From NCBI RefSeq assembly GCF_009914755.1, contig NC_060931.1: a stretch of DNA of 64,000 nt; one strand, 5' to 3'. A program made the position numbers and the translations under genes. This DNA comes from the human T2T-CHM13v2.0 reference genome, Homo sapiens. Positions 63,056 through 64,000 of the stretch are shown in pieces. The notes below the pieces were generated by a model. It saw only the letters and a list, made by a program, of their open reading frames with translations. It was not told the origin of the DNA and searched no databases. Positions within the stretch are counted from its first letter, which is position 1. Each line of letters opens with the position of its first letter.

Positions 63056-63416
<361 letters not shown>

Positions 63417-64000
63417 TCACTCATCCTCAACATGAACGCATTTTTTTCTCCCTAGATGCTTCTATAAACATAAGGCAGAATGCCTGTGAACATAAAAATG
63501 TCTTTTCCAGAAAAGGTGGATTTAAAAAAGTCTTTGTTAATACAATGTCTTGTGGAATGTAAAATATGAAAAGATGAAAATCATATCCACTAAGAGCTAA
63601 AAGTAATGATAATAATTTTAAAAGAAAAACAAAATTGACTTTAATATTTTGTTCATGCAACTCATTCTCATATAATCACAAACTATGAAATAAAAATCTA
63701 AGTATTTAAACCTGAGGTTTTGAGGTCATCTCAGGAACATTAGCAAATGCTAAGGAATCTTTTGCATTTATTCTCAGCTAGAAAAAATTGTCAAAAATTT
63801 TACTATATCCTGTAAGCATCACAATTATTCATTAGTCAGAAGAATAAAAATGTGGAAAGGATATTAAATGTGTTTAAGAATTGGCAAATCTCTATGCTGG
63901 GATTATCACTGAATTAATGGGAGCTCAAATATAAAATATCGACTAAATCACCTCATCTCATAGTCTGTCCCTTCATAGCCTATTCTATGATATGGAAACA

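Overview
Human genomic DNA, not prokaryotic. About 50 Alu elements are present, including a human-specific AluYa5, along with L1, L2, MIR, LTR and DNA-transposon relics. The only protein-coding sequence is the 5' end of HIBADH (mitochondrial 3-hydroxyisobutyrate dehydrogenase, valine catabolism; 7p15.2 by established knowledge) on the minus strand. Coding exon 1 (23076-23166) sits in a CpG island with NRF-1, CCAAT and GC-box motifs. Intron 1 is 13,064 bp and exon 2 (9851-10011) encodes the Rossmann GxGxxG motif; intron 2 runs off the left edge. The ~40 kb to the right is repeat-rich intergenic DNA with no second gene. I found no new multi-gene system, CRISPR array or foreign insert. The most interesting leads are small-scale: an atypical exon 2 splice acceptor with alternative AGs over the transit-peptide cleavage site, a candidate poison exon, a young AluYa5, a dense NR5A/ERR motif cluster, a (GGGA)6(GGAA)11 purine tract, a templated-repeat scar, and several TSD-resolved nested insertions. 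Repeat subfamily names and the edges of old repeats were judged by eye and are approximate.
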